This document shows, one piece after another, positions 46,610 through 56,605 of a stretch of 64,000 bases of DNA. The stretch's first letter is position 1; each line of letters starts with the position of its first letter. The stretch lies in assembly GCA_037440365.1 (NCBI GenBank), contig JBBIUF010000006.1, positions 10,134-74,133 on the forward strand, in the 5' to 3' direction. The notes under the pieces were generated by a model. It was not told the origin of the DNA. It saw nothing but the letters and a program-made list of their open reading frames with translations, and did no database searches. The translations under genes were made by a program, and so were the position numbers. The stretch comes from Chloroflexota bacterium (GTDB taxonomy: Bacteria; Chloroflexota; Anaerolineae; UBA4142).

Positions 46610-47356
46610 TTACTGCCCAAACCGCAACCGTCGCCTCAAGCGGCTGGGCAATTGCGCTAACTTCATCAACGCCTGCGTCGCATTGACATCATATTGCACA
46701 CGCCGCTGAGTGAACGTCATGGTCGAAAGATCAATCAGAGCATATGCCGCGCGCGGATCATCGTCACGCGGTTGCCCCACACTGCCGGGGTTGATCAACA
46801 AGCGGTCGCGCGTCAGCGTAATAGCCAGATTAACTTCAAGCCGCTCCACCGTAAGGCCTACTTCATACGTCGGTTTGCGAAAAACAATCGGCACGTGCGT
46901 GTGTCCGTTCAATCCAATTCGAGTCGGCATCAACTCTAGCCCCGCATTTGCAATCGCGGGCGTCATGACATATTCCCAGGTCGGATCGCGCGGACTGCCA
47001 TGCACCAGCGTAATGCCATGCTCCGCCCGCACCGCCACCGTCGGCAGAGAGGTTAACCAATCATGATTCGCAATGCTCAATCGATCGTGGGTCCAAAAAA
47101 TTACCTCGCGCGCTTCAGGTCCAAAATCAACGGGGCTCAGTTTACCCACCGCCGCTAAATCATGGTTGCCCGCCAGACACACGAGATCGAACGCGCGCAA
47201 ACGGGCGATACATTCGTTGGGTTCTGGTCCATAGCCAACCACATCGCCCAGGCACCATACCTGGTCAAACGCACCCGCATCTTGAATCACCGCGTTTAGC
47301 GCGGCGAGGTTTGAATGCACATCTGAGATCACCAGAATTTTCATGTCGGTTTCCAA
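46610..47356 (-). CDS. Metallophosphoesterase (YfcE/MJ0936-like)
   Basis: 248 aa with MKILVISDVHSN, GDVVGYGP, GNHD and GHTH motifs. The start may be the MKIL Met at 47344. Confidence 0.85.
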   Translation of the reverse strand: METDMKILVISDVHSNLAALNAVIQDAGAFDQVWCLGDVVGYGPEPNECIARLRAFDLVCLAGNHDLAAVGKLSPVDFGPEAREVIFWTHDRLSIANHDWLTSLPTVAVRAEHGITLVHGSPRDPTWEYVMTPAIANAGLELMPTRIGLNGHTHVPIVFRKPTYEVGLTVERLEVNLAITLTRDRLLINPGSVGQPRDDDPRAAYALIDLSTMTFTQRRVQYDVNATQALMKLAQLPSRLRRRLRFGQ

Positions 47357-47466
47357 AGTATTCTACTACAATTGACTCGGAAAAGAAATGTGAACGCGAC
47401 ACGAAAAAATATTTTTCTGCTTCAAAAGGACTTGCAATAACCCGCACCCCGGCTATAATAATTACG

Positions 47467-50400
47467 ATGGCATCAAGAATCCTGACCCGTCTCACGCGCG
47501 CGCTGGGGCGGGGAAAATCCAGTCCCACCCACTCGGCAGGTTCGCCGAATCCAGCGAATGCCCCCACGCCTCCGTCCCAAACCATCCTGGATGTTGGCGC
47601 GTTGATCGCGCAACGCTATCGCTTGGACGCTGAACTCGGCAGAGGCGGGATGGGCATTGTGTATCGCGCGCACGACATGCTCAACGATCGAGATGTGGCG
47701 CTCAAGATCATCCTTCCCGACGAAACCAACCGTCAAACACGCGAGCAATTTTTGCACGAAGCGCACACCACAGCCCAGCTCATCCATCCTCATATCATCA
47801 CCGTTTACGAAACTGGCGCAGTGGATACAGGCGCAACGGAGCCGGTACCCTTTATCGTGATGGAATTGGTTCGCGGGCCAAGCCTGGGCGACATGCGCGG
47901 TCTGTCCTTTGCCCAGATCATCGATCTCGGACAACAAATCTGTGACGCACTCGAATACGCACACGCGCAAGGCTTGATCCATCGCGATCTCAAGCCGGAA
48001 AATGTCCTCGTCGAAAAAAACGGCTACCGCTATATTGCCAAACTCGTAGATTTTGGTTTGGCGCGTTTGCGCGGCGAGTCCAACCTCTCCGATAACCGTA
48101 GCGTCGCCGGGACAGTATATTACCTCGCGCCTGAAGTGATCGCCGGTGAACCTGCCAACATTGGCGCAGATTTGTATGCGCTCGGCGTGATGCTGTACGA
48201 GCTGGTCACTGGACATGTGCCATTTTCCGATTGGGATGCCGAGACGATTCTCTCCCAACATGTGCAAGACGCGGTCATCCCGCCCAGCCATACGCGCAAC
48301 GCCGTGCCACCCGCGCTCGAAGCGATCATTCTGCGCCTGCTCGCCAAAGACCCGCGCGAACGGTTTGCTTCTGCGCGCCAAGTGTGCGAGGCACTCGGTC
48401 AAATCGCGATTGGCGCGGAACAGATCGCCGTGCATACCAATTTGCCGCGCCACGCAACTCGCATGATCGGGCGCGCTAACGAGATCGCGCAAGTGCGCGC
48501 GTTGCTCGAAGCCAACCCGGTCGTCACACTTCTAGGTTGCAGTGGCATTGGCAAAACGCGCTTGGCGTTGGCAACCGGTGACACATTGTTCGATCAATTT
48601 GCGGATGGCGTTTGGCTGGTGGAACTTGAACCCTGGCGCGATCCCGCGCTGGTGCCGCAACTGATCGCCTCCGTCCTGGGTATCCGCGAAGAATCACAAC
48701 GCGCGTTGATGGTCTTGCTTGCGGAACATCTGCGCGAAAAAAATTTGCTCCTCATCCTCGATCACTGCGATCACGTGATCGGCGCGTGTGCGCAACTCAT
48801 CGCCACGCTCGTCCGCACCAGTCCCCAAGTCCGCATCCTGGCAACCAGTCACACCGCACTCAACCTCGCGACCGAAACCAGTTATCGCGTCCCACCGCTG
48901 ACGTTATCGCGTCCTGATGAAACAGAGCCAAGTGAAATTGCGCGCGCCGCCGCCGTGCAGTTGATGACTGAACGCATTCGCGCCAGAGCGCCCCAATTTG
49001 AAATTAGCGCCGCGCACGCTACCTTGCTCGCCCAAATTTGCCGGCGCATTGACGGCATCCCGCTCGCGATTGAACTCGTCGCGGCGCGTGTCCCTGGTTT
49101 GACCCTCGACCCAGTCGCCGCACAACTCGATCAATTGCCGACAGCACAAACCCAGGAACAAACCATGCGCGCCGTGATAGAGTGGAGCTATCACCGGCTC
49201 ACCGTGCCACAGCAAACGCTGTTCGCGCGATTGTCTGTCTTTATCGGCAGTTGCACATTTGCTGACCTCGAAGCATTCTCCGGCGCTGGCACGCTGGATG
49301 TGATGTCGCAATTAACGCAGTTGGCGCATCATGCGCTAGTAAAGACTAGCCCAACAAACGGCGGTGAATTGCGCTATCATTTGCCTGAGCCGATCCGCGA
49401 ATTTGCGCTAGCCCAATTGCGCGCATCCGGCACAGAAGAAATCACACGCCGAAATTATCGCAATGGCTATTTGAACCTGGCACACCAAGCCCAACTGCAT
49501 CTTCATCGTGTTGACCAAGGCATCTGGCGTCAGCGCTTGGAAGCAGAATACGCCAACTTGCTCGCCGCACTCGATTGGACGATGGAGCGGCCGCAGGAAG
49601 CCAACCTGGCAATCCGTTTTGGTGGCGCGCTCTGGCAATTCTGGGATGGACGCGGCTATCGCAAAGATGGCTATGCGCGCCTGACCAAAATTTTGGCGTT
49701 ACCGCACACGCTGGCGGATGCGCCAGCACGCGTTGACGTAATGATTGGCGCGGGCTATCTCGCCATTGTGCAAACCGATTATGCCGCCGCCGCGGAATGG
49801 CTGACTGCCAGTTTGGATATCGCGCGCGCACAGGATAATCAACTTGCAATTGCTTACGCGCTGTGCGGACTAGGCGCACTGGCGCAAGCGCGGCGCGACT
49901 ATGCTCAAGCCGCGCTCCGCTACCATGATGGCTGGGGATATTTTCAAGCCACTGGCGATTCCTGGGAAACCGCCAACGCACTCTTGAACCTGGGTCTTGT
50001 GAATTTGAAACAAGGCAAGCTGTGGGACGCGCGCACGCATTTGCTTACCAGTTTGAACCTCTATCGCCAATTCGGTGACCGGCGCAAGACCGCTCACGTG
50101 CAGAGTTTTCTCGGCGCGATCGAGTACGCGCGCAAGCAATACGCCGAAGCGCAGGCATATTTTATGGCGAGCTTGGCACTGTGGCGCAAACTCGCCGATC
50201 CCTTTGAGATCGCGCAACAGCTTGATCACTTGGGCTATGTGGCTTTGCACGAGAACCAGTTGACCCAAGCGCATCAATTTTTTAACGAGAGTTTGGCACT
50301 GTTCAAAGACTTGAACCGGCGGCGAGCAATTGCCGATGGCTTGTATGGCATCGCTGGCGTGATCGCGCAACGGCAACCCGAACGCGCCGCCCAATTGATC

Positions 50401-50586
50401 GGCGCGGCAAATGCTTTGCTCCAAGCGCCCGGCACGCCCGTCGAAACGACGCGGCAAGTTGAAACGGATCAGGCATGGATCCTTGCCCGCATCACATTGA
50501 ACGCGGAAATATTCCAAGCCGCCTACGCGCAAGGGCAAACGTGGAGTCTTGATCACGCTATTGCCGTTGCGCGCGAAAACGCATAA
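47467..50586 (+). CDS. Ser/Thr protein kinase fused to a STAND-type P-loop NTPase and TPR repeats
   Basis: Start moved to MASRILTRL (47467) to avoid overlapping the divergent gene. The kinase motifs are VALKI, HRDLKPENVLV, DFGLAR and APE. The P-loop is LLGCSGIGKTRLA. The C-terminal roughly 400 aa are TPR-like. Confidence 0.85.
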   Translation: MASRILTRLTRALGRGKSSPTHSAGSPNPANAPTPPSQTILDVGALIAQRYRLDAELGRGGMGIVYRAHDMLNDRDVALKIILPDETNRQTREQFLHEAHTTAQLIHPHIITVYETGAVDTGATEPVPFIVMELVRGPSLGDMRGLSFAQIIDLGQQICDALEYAHAQGLIHRDLKPENVLVEKNGYRYIAKLVDFGLARLRGESNLSDNRSVAGTVYYLAPEVIAGEPANIGADLYALGVMLYELVTGHVPFSDWDAETILSQHVQDAVIPPSHTRNAVPPALEAIILRLLAKDPRERFASARQVCEALGQIAIGAEQIAVHTNLPRHATRMIGRANEIAQVRALLEANPVVTLLGCSGIGKTRLALATGDTLFDQFADGVWLVELEPWRDPALVPQLIASVLGIREESQRALMVLLAEHLREKNLLLILDHCDHVIGACAQLIATLVRTSPQVRILATSHTALNLATETSYRVPPLTLSRPDETEPSEIARAAAVQLMTERIRARAPQFEISAAHATLLAQICRRIDGIPLAIELVAARVPGLTLDPVAAQLDQLPTAQTQEQTMRAVIEWSYHRLTVPQQTLFARLSVFIGSCTFADLEAFSGAGTLDVMSQLTQLAHHALVKTSPTNGGELRYHLPEPIREFALAQLRASGTEEITRRNYRNGYLNLAHQAQLHLHRVDQGIWRQRLEAEYANLLAALDWTMERPQEANLAIRFGGALWQFWDGRGYRKDGYARLTKILALPHTLADAPARVDVMIGAGYLAIVQTDYAAAAEWLTASLDIARAQDNQLAIAYALCGLGALAQARRDYAQAALRYHDGWGYFQATGDSWETANALLNLGLVNLKQGKLWDARTHLLTSLNLYRQFGDRRKTAHVQSFLGAIEYARKQYAEAQAYFMASLALWRKLADPFEIAQQLDHLGYVALHENQLTQAHQFFNESLALFKDLNRRRAIADGLYGIAGVIAQRQPERAAQLIGAANALLQAPGTPVETTRQVETDQAWILARITLNAEIFQAAYAQGQTWSLDHAIAVARENA

Positions 50587-50610
50587 AACAAAATCCCTCG
50601 ATAAAAAAAA

Positions 50611-50640
50611 TGACGGGCGAAAATTTCTCCGCGCCCGTCA
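50611..50640. terminator. Bidirectional rho-independent terminator between convergent genes
   Basis: TGACGGGCG pairs with CGCCCGTCA. It is flanked by AAAAAAAA (50603-50610) and TTTTTTT (50641-50647). Confidence 0.85.
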
Positions 50641-50673
50641 TTTTTTTCTGCGTCATTCCGATCCGTGCAATGG

Positions 50674-52854
50674 CTAGATGAAGAGCGGTGCCAACACTAA
50701 CGTAATCGTCGCTAGCAATTTGATCAAGACGTGAAGCGATGGTCCAGCGGTGTCCTTGAACGGATCGCCGACCGTGTCGCCCACGACCGCCGCTTTGTGC
50801 GCGTCGCTACCCTTTTTGTGAACCTTGCCCTTTTCGTCATGGAACTCGCCGGACTCGATGTATTTTTTCGCATTGTCCCACGCGCCGCCGCCGTTATTCA
50901 TCACCGTGGCGAGCAAAATCCCGGCAATTGTGCCAACCATCAACAACGCGGCTTCGGCTTCTGATTTCAAAATGATACCGACGATAATCGGCACGCCAAC
51001 CGCGAGCAAACCCGGAGCGATCATAGCGCGTTGCGCGCCTTGCGCGGTAATATCAACGGCGCGCGCATAATCCGGCTTGTTCTTTCTTTCCATGATCCCA
51101 GGAATTTCGCGGAACTGGCGGCGCACTTCATCCACGATCTTTTCCGCCACTTCGCTGACCGCGCGCATAGCAAACGACGAGAAGAGAAAGATCAACGCCG
51201 CGCCGAGCAGTGCGCCGACAAAGACATCCACCTTACCCAGGTTCACGACGTGCGCGTCGTTCCAAATTTTTAATGCGTCCGCAGAACCCGCGGCAACTTT
51301 GGCAATCGCTATTTTCACTGCCGCCACTTTGTCGAGATACGCGCTAAAGAGCAAGAACGCCGCGAGCGCCGCCGAACCAATGGCGTACCCTTTCGTCAAG
51401 GCTTTGGTCGTGTTGCCCGCCGCATCCAGCGCATCCGTGCCTTTGCGAATTTCTTCCGGCGCGCCAGACATTTCGACAATACCACCGGCATTGTCCACGA
51501 TCGGACCAAACGTATCCATCGCCAAGATAAACGCGGCGGGCATCAACATCCCCATCGTCGCCACGGCCGTGCCGAACACCCCCGCAACATACAGATCAAC
51601 TTTGAGCGCGGCGGCGGCTTGCGAGCCAAGATAGTACGACGCGATCAACGCAATGCCAACTGCAATCGCAGGAGCCGCCGTATTTTCCAAACCAACGGCG
51701 AGACCCGTGATAATGTTTGGTCCCGAGCCGCGCAGAGACGATTTGGCAATGCTTTGCACCGGACGCCACCGCGATTCGGTGTAATACATGGTAATGAGGA
51801 AGAAGGCGACGCTCGTGAGCAAACCAACGCAACCCGCATAAAAGAAAAACATGTTGCCGAGCAAGGTAGTGACGACAAAATACATCGCCGCCGCCGCAAG
51901 CACCACCGTGAGCGCAAACCCGCGAAACATCGGGTTCATTGGCGATTCGCCCTGGTTCAATTTCATACCCGGAAGCGCAGTTGTTGCCCACACGCCCACA
52001 ATTGACGCGATCAAGCCAAGCGCGCGAACGACGAGTGGGAAGAAAATCCAATCAGGATTTTTTGTCACCGAGAAAATCGCGACACCCAGGATCATCGCGC
52101 CGATATTTTCAGCAACCGTGGATTCAAACAAGTCCGCGCCACGTCCCGCGCAATCGCCCACGTTATCGCCAACCAGGTCGGCGATGACACCGGCATTGCG
52201 TGGATCGTCTTCGGGAATGCCCGCTTCCACTTTGCCCACCAAGTCCGAGCCCACATCGGCGGCTTTGGTATAGATACCACCGCCGAGTTGCGCGAACAAT
52301 GCGACAAAGCTCGCGCCGAAACCCATGCCGACGATCAGAAAGGGCGCGTTCTGCGGTTCGGCGAAACCGTTATACAGCATGAACATCAAAAAGACACCGA
52401 TGAGCGAAAGACCTACCACCAGGAAACCGCTCACCGCGCCGCCGCGTAACGCGACCGCCAATGCTGGCTCAACCCCCTTGCGCGCTGCGCCCGCCACGCG
52501 CACATTCGACTGCACCGCCACATACATACCGATAATCCCACTCAATGCGCTCGCCGCCGCGCCAACGAGGAATGCCACCGCAGTCATAATGCCTAATTGG
52601 CTACCCTTGATCGCTGTTTCGGTGAAAGTTTCCATCGAAACCAGCACACCAATAATGACAGCGGCAACAATCGCCAGGATCGCGATGGTGAAATACTGGC
52701 GTTTGATAAACGCCACCGCGCCTTCAAAAATCGTTGCGGCAACTTCTTGCATCGCCGGCGTGCCCTTGTCCCGCTTGAGCACGTCCCAGGCAAGATAGGC
52801 GACAAACAATAATGCCAGCACGCCTGACACGGGAACCATCCAGATCAAACTCAT
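50674..52854 (-). CDS. hppA: Membrane-bound proton-translocating pyrophosphatase, K+-independent type
   Basis: 726 aa with DNVGDCAGRGADLFES and DAAGNTTKALTKGYAIGSA. The Lys in GNTTKA, rather than Ala, is the known marker of the K+-independent class. Confidence 0.92.
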   Translation of the reverse strand: MSLIWMVPVSGVLALLFVAYLAWDVLKRDKGTPAMQEVAATIFEGAVAFIKRQYFTIAILAIVAAVIIGVLVSMETFTETAIKGSQLGIMTAVAFLVGAAASALSGIIGMYVAVQSNVRVAGAARKGVEPALAVALRGGAVSGFLVVGLSLIGVFLMFMLYNGFAEPQNAPFLIVGMGFGASFVALFAQLGGGIYTKAADVGSDLVGKVEAGIPEDDPRNAGVIADLVGDNVGDCAGRGADLFESTVAENIGAMILGVAIFSVTKNPDWIFFPLVVRALGLIASIVGVWATTALPGMKLNQGESPMNPMFRGFALTVVLAAAAMYFVVTTLLGNMFFFYAGCVGLLTSVAFFLITMYYTESRWRPVQSIAKSSLRGSGPNIITGLAVGLENTAAPAIAVGIALIASYYLGSQAAAALKVDLYVAGVFGTAVATMGMLMPAAFILAMDTFGPIVDNAGGIVEMSGAPEEIRKGTDALDAAGNTTKALTKGYAIGSAALAAFLLFSAYLDKVAAVKIAIAKVAAGSADALKIWNDAHVVNLGKVDVFVGALLGAALIFLFSSFAMRAVSEVAEKIVDEVRRQFREIPGIMERKNKPDYARAVDITAQGAQRAMIAPGLLAVGVPIIVGIILKSEAEAALLMVGTIAGILLATVMNNGGGAWDNAKKYIESGEFHDEKGKVHKKGSDAHKAAVVGDTVGDPFKDTAGPSLHVLIKLLATITLVLAPLFI

Positions 52855-53145
52855 TGTGCGCTCCTCCTCTTTGAGATTTTTTCCATACAGAAATATAAAT
52901 GCGGTCGAACAACATTGTTCGGCCGGTCAAGTGAGCATCACCATTGCGCATCTATTCAAAAATGCCAGTCACCCTATCAGTAGGTTAAGCCAATTCTAGC
53001 ACAGGTTTGTGCGAAATGCAAAAGCGCCGCGCAATTTTCGGTGCGCCCCAAAAATACTAGCTAGTCCAGTTTGTATCCAAATCCGTTTTGGGATATACTA
53101 TTTCTGCATGGATCTGTTTCGCAAATTTTCAGATTGGAGGCAAGG

Positions 53146-53517
53146 GTGCCAACCATCATCCCAAGTTTTCTCCTCAAGAAATTGTACGTGCCAGGCAGTT
53201 TCAAAAATACCCCGACCGGATTCCAACTCTCACTGCGCAACACGCTTGCCCCAGGGACATTACTCGGAGTTAGCCCGCTCCAAATTGATGGACGCGATAT
53301 TCCCCTTGAGCACGTTTGGTTTGTCGTTGGCGCTCAAGCGCCGGTGCGTGCCAGTGAGATCGCGCCAACCGCACCGAGTACATTCCCGCTGAACCTTGTC
53401 GTGACCTTTCAGGTAGACGATCAACCGCTCGCCCCCGGCAGACATCGTGTGAGTGTCGTCTTTAACACGAAAGAAGCCGGTGAACTCAAGATTGACGCGG
53501 AGGATTCAATCGAATGA
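53146..53517 (+). CDS. Small uncharacterised protein translationally coupled to gcvT
   Basis: GTG start 5 nt after GGAGG, preferred over the track's TTG at 53071. It is 123 aa and predicted to be beta-rich (LSLRNTLAPGTLLGVSPLQIDGRDIP...RHRVSVVFNTKEAGELKIDAEDSIE). Its stop overlaps the gcvT ATG in an ATGA. Confidence 0.55.
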   Translation: MPTIIPSFLLKKLYVPGSFKNTPTGFQLSLRNTLAPGTLLGVSPLQIDGRDIPLEHVWFVVGAQAPVRASEIAPTAPSTFPLNLVVTFQVDDQPLAPGRHRVSVVFNTKEAGELKIDAEDSIE

Positions 53518-54635
53518 ACACCTTGAAACGAACGCCGCTGTACGAAACCCATCTCGCGCTCGGCGGCCGCATGGTCGAGTTTGGTGGCTGGGAAATGCCG
53601 GTGCAATACAGCGGCATTCTCGACGAACATCAAACCGTGCGCAACGCCGCCGGATTGTTCGACATTGATCACATGGGTCAATTTGAAGTGACCGGCAAAG
53701 ACGCCTTGCCGTATCTGCAACATTTACTCACTGCCGACATTGCTAAACTCGCGTTGAATGAAGCCGGCTATGCGCTCATGTGTTACGCCGATGGCACCGT
53801 CGTGGACGATACGTTTGTGTATCATCTGCCCGGCAAGACCACAAGCGCGCCGCCCAAATTCATGGTCGTCGTCAACGCCTCAAACCGCGACAAGGATTTT
53901 ACCTGGATGCGCGCGCACCTCGGCGGATTCCGCGCGGAACTGCGCGACATTTCCGAAGAGTTGTACATGCTCGCGTTCCAGGGACCGCAAGCCGAACACG
54001 TGTTGCAGAAAATCGTCAAAACCAATCTAGCCAAAATCAAGTATCACCGCGCCAGCACCTTCAAATTCCAAAAACGCTTCGGTCTGCTTGCGCGCACCGG
54101 CTATACTGGCGAAGACGGCTTTGAAATGTTCGTCCCGGTCAAGCTGGGTCCGGCGCTGTGGAACGTAATCTTGGAGGCAGGTCAAGCCCAAGGCGTCAAG
54201 CCAATTGGCTTGGGCGCGCGCGACTCGCTTCGGTTTGAAGCCAAGATGGCGCTCTACGGTCACGAGATTGACGCGCATACCACACCGATGGAAGCCGCAC
54301 TCTCGTGGGCGTGCGACTTGGACAAAATGTTCATCGGCCGCGATTGCCTGCTCAAGCGCAAACTCGAAGGCGTCGCAAAAAAACTCGTCGGCTTTGAAAT
54401 GATCGAACCTGGGATCGCACGCAAGGATTACGAAATTACCAAAGACGGCGCAACCGTTGGCATCGTCACGACCGGAATGCCCTCGCCAACACTCGGCAAA
54501 AATATCGGGCTCGCGTTCGTCAGCCCAATGCTCACTGCTATCGGCACCGAGTTTGAAATTAGCGTGCGCGGCAAGCCCGTAAAAGCTCGCGTAATCAAAA
54601 CACCGTTTTACGCCAACCGCGCCAAAAACAAATAA
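53514..54635 (+). CDS. gcvT: Glycine cleavage system aminomethyltransferase (T protein)
   Basis: 373 aa, starting MNTLKRTPLYETHLALGGRMVEFGGWEMPVQYSGILDEHQTVRNAAGLFDIDHMG. Confidence 0.93.
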   Translation: MNTLKRTPLYETHLALGGRMVEFGGWEMPVQYSGILDEHQTVRNAAGLFDIDHMGQFEVTGKDALPYLQHLLTADIAKLALNEAGYALMCYADGTVVDDTFVYHLPGKTTSAPPKFMVVVNASNRDKDFTWMRAHLGGFRAELRDISEELYMLAFQGPQAEHVLQKIVKTNLAKIKYHRASTFKFQKRFGLLARTGYTGEDGFEMFVPVKLGPALWNVILEAGQAQGVKPIGLGARDSLRFEAKMALYGHEIDAHTTPMEAALSWACDLDKMFIGRDCLLKRKLEGVAKKLVGFEMIEPGIARKDYEITKDGATVGIVTTGMPSPTLGKNIGLAFVSPMLTAIGTEFEISVRGKPVKARVIKTPFYANRAKNK

Positions 54636-54721
54636 ATTCATTCCGCTTTGTGATTTCAGGTTTTGAATTCAATGTCACTTGCAGAATCTGAAATCATCAA
54701 TCTAAAACAAGGAGATCCAAA

Positions 54722-55138
54722 ATGTCTGACAAGCCCGTGCAAGCCATTACGTATGCCGCCGACCGCAAATATGCCGAATCGCACGAATGGGCAAAGCTCG
54801 AAGGCGACCTCGTCGTAATCGGCGTGTCCGATTACGCGCAAGATCAACTCGGCGATGTCGTGTTCATTGAATTACCCGCGGTAGGCGCAGTGTTGGAAGC
54901 AGGCAAAGCCTTTGGCGTCGTCGAATCCGTCAAAGCCGCCAGCGATGTGTTTGCGCCAATCAGCGGCACGGTTACCGCCGTCAACGAAAAACTCGCCGCC
55001 GATCCCGCGCTTGTGAACAAGGATGCCTTCGGCGCGGGCTGGTTTATCAAAGTCAAACTCGGCAACCCCGCCGATCTCGATAAACTGATGAGCGTCGCCA
55101 CGTATCAAAAGAAAATTGAAGCGGGCGAAATCCACTAA
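54722..55138 (+). CDS. gcvH: Glycine cleavage system H protein
   Basis: 138 aa with YAESHEWAK and the lipoyl-lysine context GVVESVKAASDV. Confidence 0.93.
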   Translation: MSDKPVQAITYAADRKYAESHEWAKLEGDLVVIGVSDYAQDQLGDVVFIELPAVGAVLEAGKAFGVVESVKAASDVFAPISGTVTAVNEKLAADPALVNKDAFGAGWFIKVKLGNPADLDKLMSVATYQKKIEAGEIH

Positions 55139-55230
55139 GCCAATAGGAGCAACCATCCCAATGTGCCAAACCGACTCGTTGTATCTTGAGCCGATTTGGC
55201 ACATTGGGCGTGTTTGATTTTGGAGAAACC

Positions 55231-56604
55231 ATGAGCCATCGATTCATTCCCAATACCGACGCCGATCGCGCCGAGATGCTCAAAACGATTGGCGTTCCAT
55301 CCGTCAAGGATTTATTTGTGGATGTGCCAGCGGACGCGCAATATCCCAAACTGAAACTGCCCGCCGCGCTATCCGAGCTTGAGCTTTCGCGCGACATTGC
55401 CCTAATGGCCTTGCGCGACGCGAACCTGGTAGAGAATGCGTGCTTTCTTGGCGCGGGCGCATACAATCACTTTATTCCCGCGACCGTGCCGCACTTGATC
55501 TTTCGCTCCGAGTTTTACACCGCCTACACGCCCTACCAAGCCGAGATCAGTCAAGGCACACTGCAAACAATTTTTGAATATCAATCCATGATTTGTGCGT
55601 TGACCGGTATGGATGCGGCAAACGCCTCGCACTATGATGGCGCAACCGCCGCCGCCGAAGCCGCAATCCTCGCGATCAACCAATTCCCCAGTCGTAACAA
55701 AATTCTCGTTTGTCCCACGTTGCATCCCGAATATCGCGCCACCATGCGCACCTATCTTGCCGGTCACGCCATTGAGATTGTGGGCGATGAGGACACGAGC
55801 AAGACGTTCGAACAAGTGCTGGATCAACATCTCGACGACCAGACCGCGTGCGTGATTGTAGCAAACCCGGACTTTCTGGGTCAGATGCGCGATCTCAAAT
55901 CCGCCGCCGAGCGCGTGCATGTGGCAGGCGCATTGTTCATCGTCGCCGCGTATCCGATCTCGCTCGGTCTGTACGAACCACCTGCCGCGTATGGCGCGGA
56001 CGTGGTGGTCGCCGAAGGCCAAGCGCTCGGCAATCCCATTGCGTTCGGCGGTCCATACCTTGGCGTATTTGCGACGAAAGAAAAATATCTGCGCCGCATG
56101 GCTGGTCGCTTGGTTGGGCAAACCACTGATACGAAAGGACGGCGCGGTTTTACGCTGACGCTCCAAGCGCGCGAGCAACACATTCGCCGCGAAAAAGCCT
56201 CGTCGAATATCTGCTCGAATCAAGCGTTGAACGCGCTGGCCGCGTGCGTTTATCTTTCGACGTTGGGCAAAACCGGCTTGCGCCAGGTCGCCGAATTGTG
56301 CTACCATAAAGCGCATTACGCCGCGCGCAAGATCAATCACTTGGTTGGTTATCGCGTCAACCTCAAGCAAGAATTCTTCAACGAGTTTGTCGTCGAATGT
56401 CCGCGCCCCGTCGCCGAAATCAACGCCATCCTGCGCGAGCAAAAAATTATCGGCGGTTACGATCTCGCCACCGAGTACCCGCACCTCGGTAATGCGATGC
56501 TCGTCGCGGTAACCGAGATGAACACGAAAGAACAAATTGATCAATTCGCAAACGCACTTGGCGAAATCAAGCCGAGCAAAAAAGCGAAAGCGAAGCGAGG
56601 TTGA
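55231..56604 (+). CDS. gcvPA: Glycine dehydrogenase (decarboxylating) subunit 1
   Basis: Start chosen at MSHRFIPNTDADRAEML. It has TAYTPYQAEISQGTLQ. Confidence 0.9.
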   Translation: MSHRFIPNTDADRAEMLKTIGVPSVKDLFVDVPADAQYPKLKLPAALSELELSRDIALMALRDANLVENACFLGAGAYNHFIPATVPHLIFRSEFYTAYTPYQAEISQGTLQTIFEYQSMICALTGMDAANASHYDGATAAAEAAILAINQFPSRNKILVCPTLHPEYRATMRTYLAGHAIEIVGDEDTSKTFEQVLDQHLDDQTACVIVANPDFLGQMRDLKSAAERVHVAGALFIVAAYPISLGLYEPPAAYGADVVVAEGQALGNPIAFGGPYLGVFATKEKYLRRMAGRLVGQTTDTKGRRGFTLTLQAREQHIRREKASSNICSNQALNALAACVYLSTLGKTGLRQVAELCYHKAHYAARKINHLVGYRVNLKQEFFNEFVVECPRPVAEINAILREQKIIGGYDLATEYPHLGNAMLVAVTEMNTKEQIDQFANALGEIKPSKKAKAKRG

Positions 56605-56605
56605 A

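Noticed and set aside
47473-50556. Minus-strand ORFs of 339, 135, 179 and 228 aa opposite the kinase-STAND-TPR gene.
   Set aside because: They are shadow frames of a long GC-rich gene with clear kinase and P-loop motifs on the + strand.
52855-53145. Looked for a glycine riboswitch upstream of the gcv operon.
   Set aside because: I could not find the conserved ACCGAAGGGGCAA / CUCUGGAGAG-type cores, or tandem aptamers, on either strand. Only weak local hairpins are present. A covariance-model scan would be needed to be certain.
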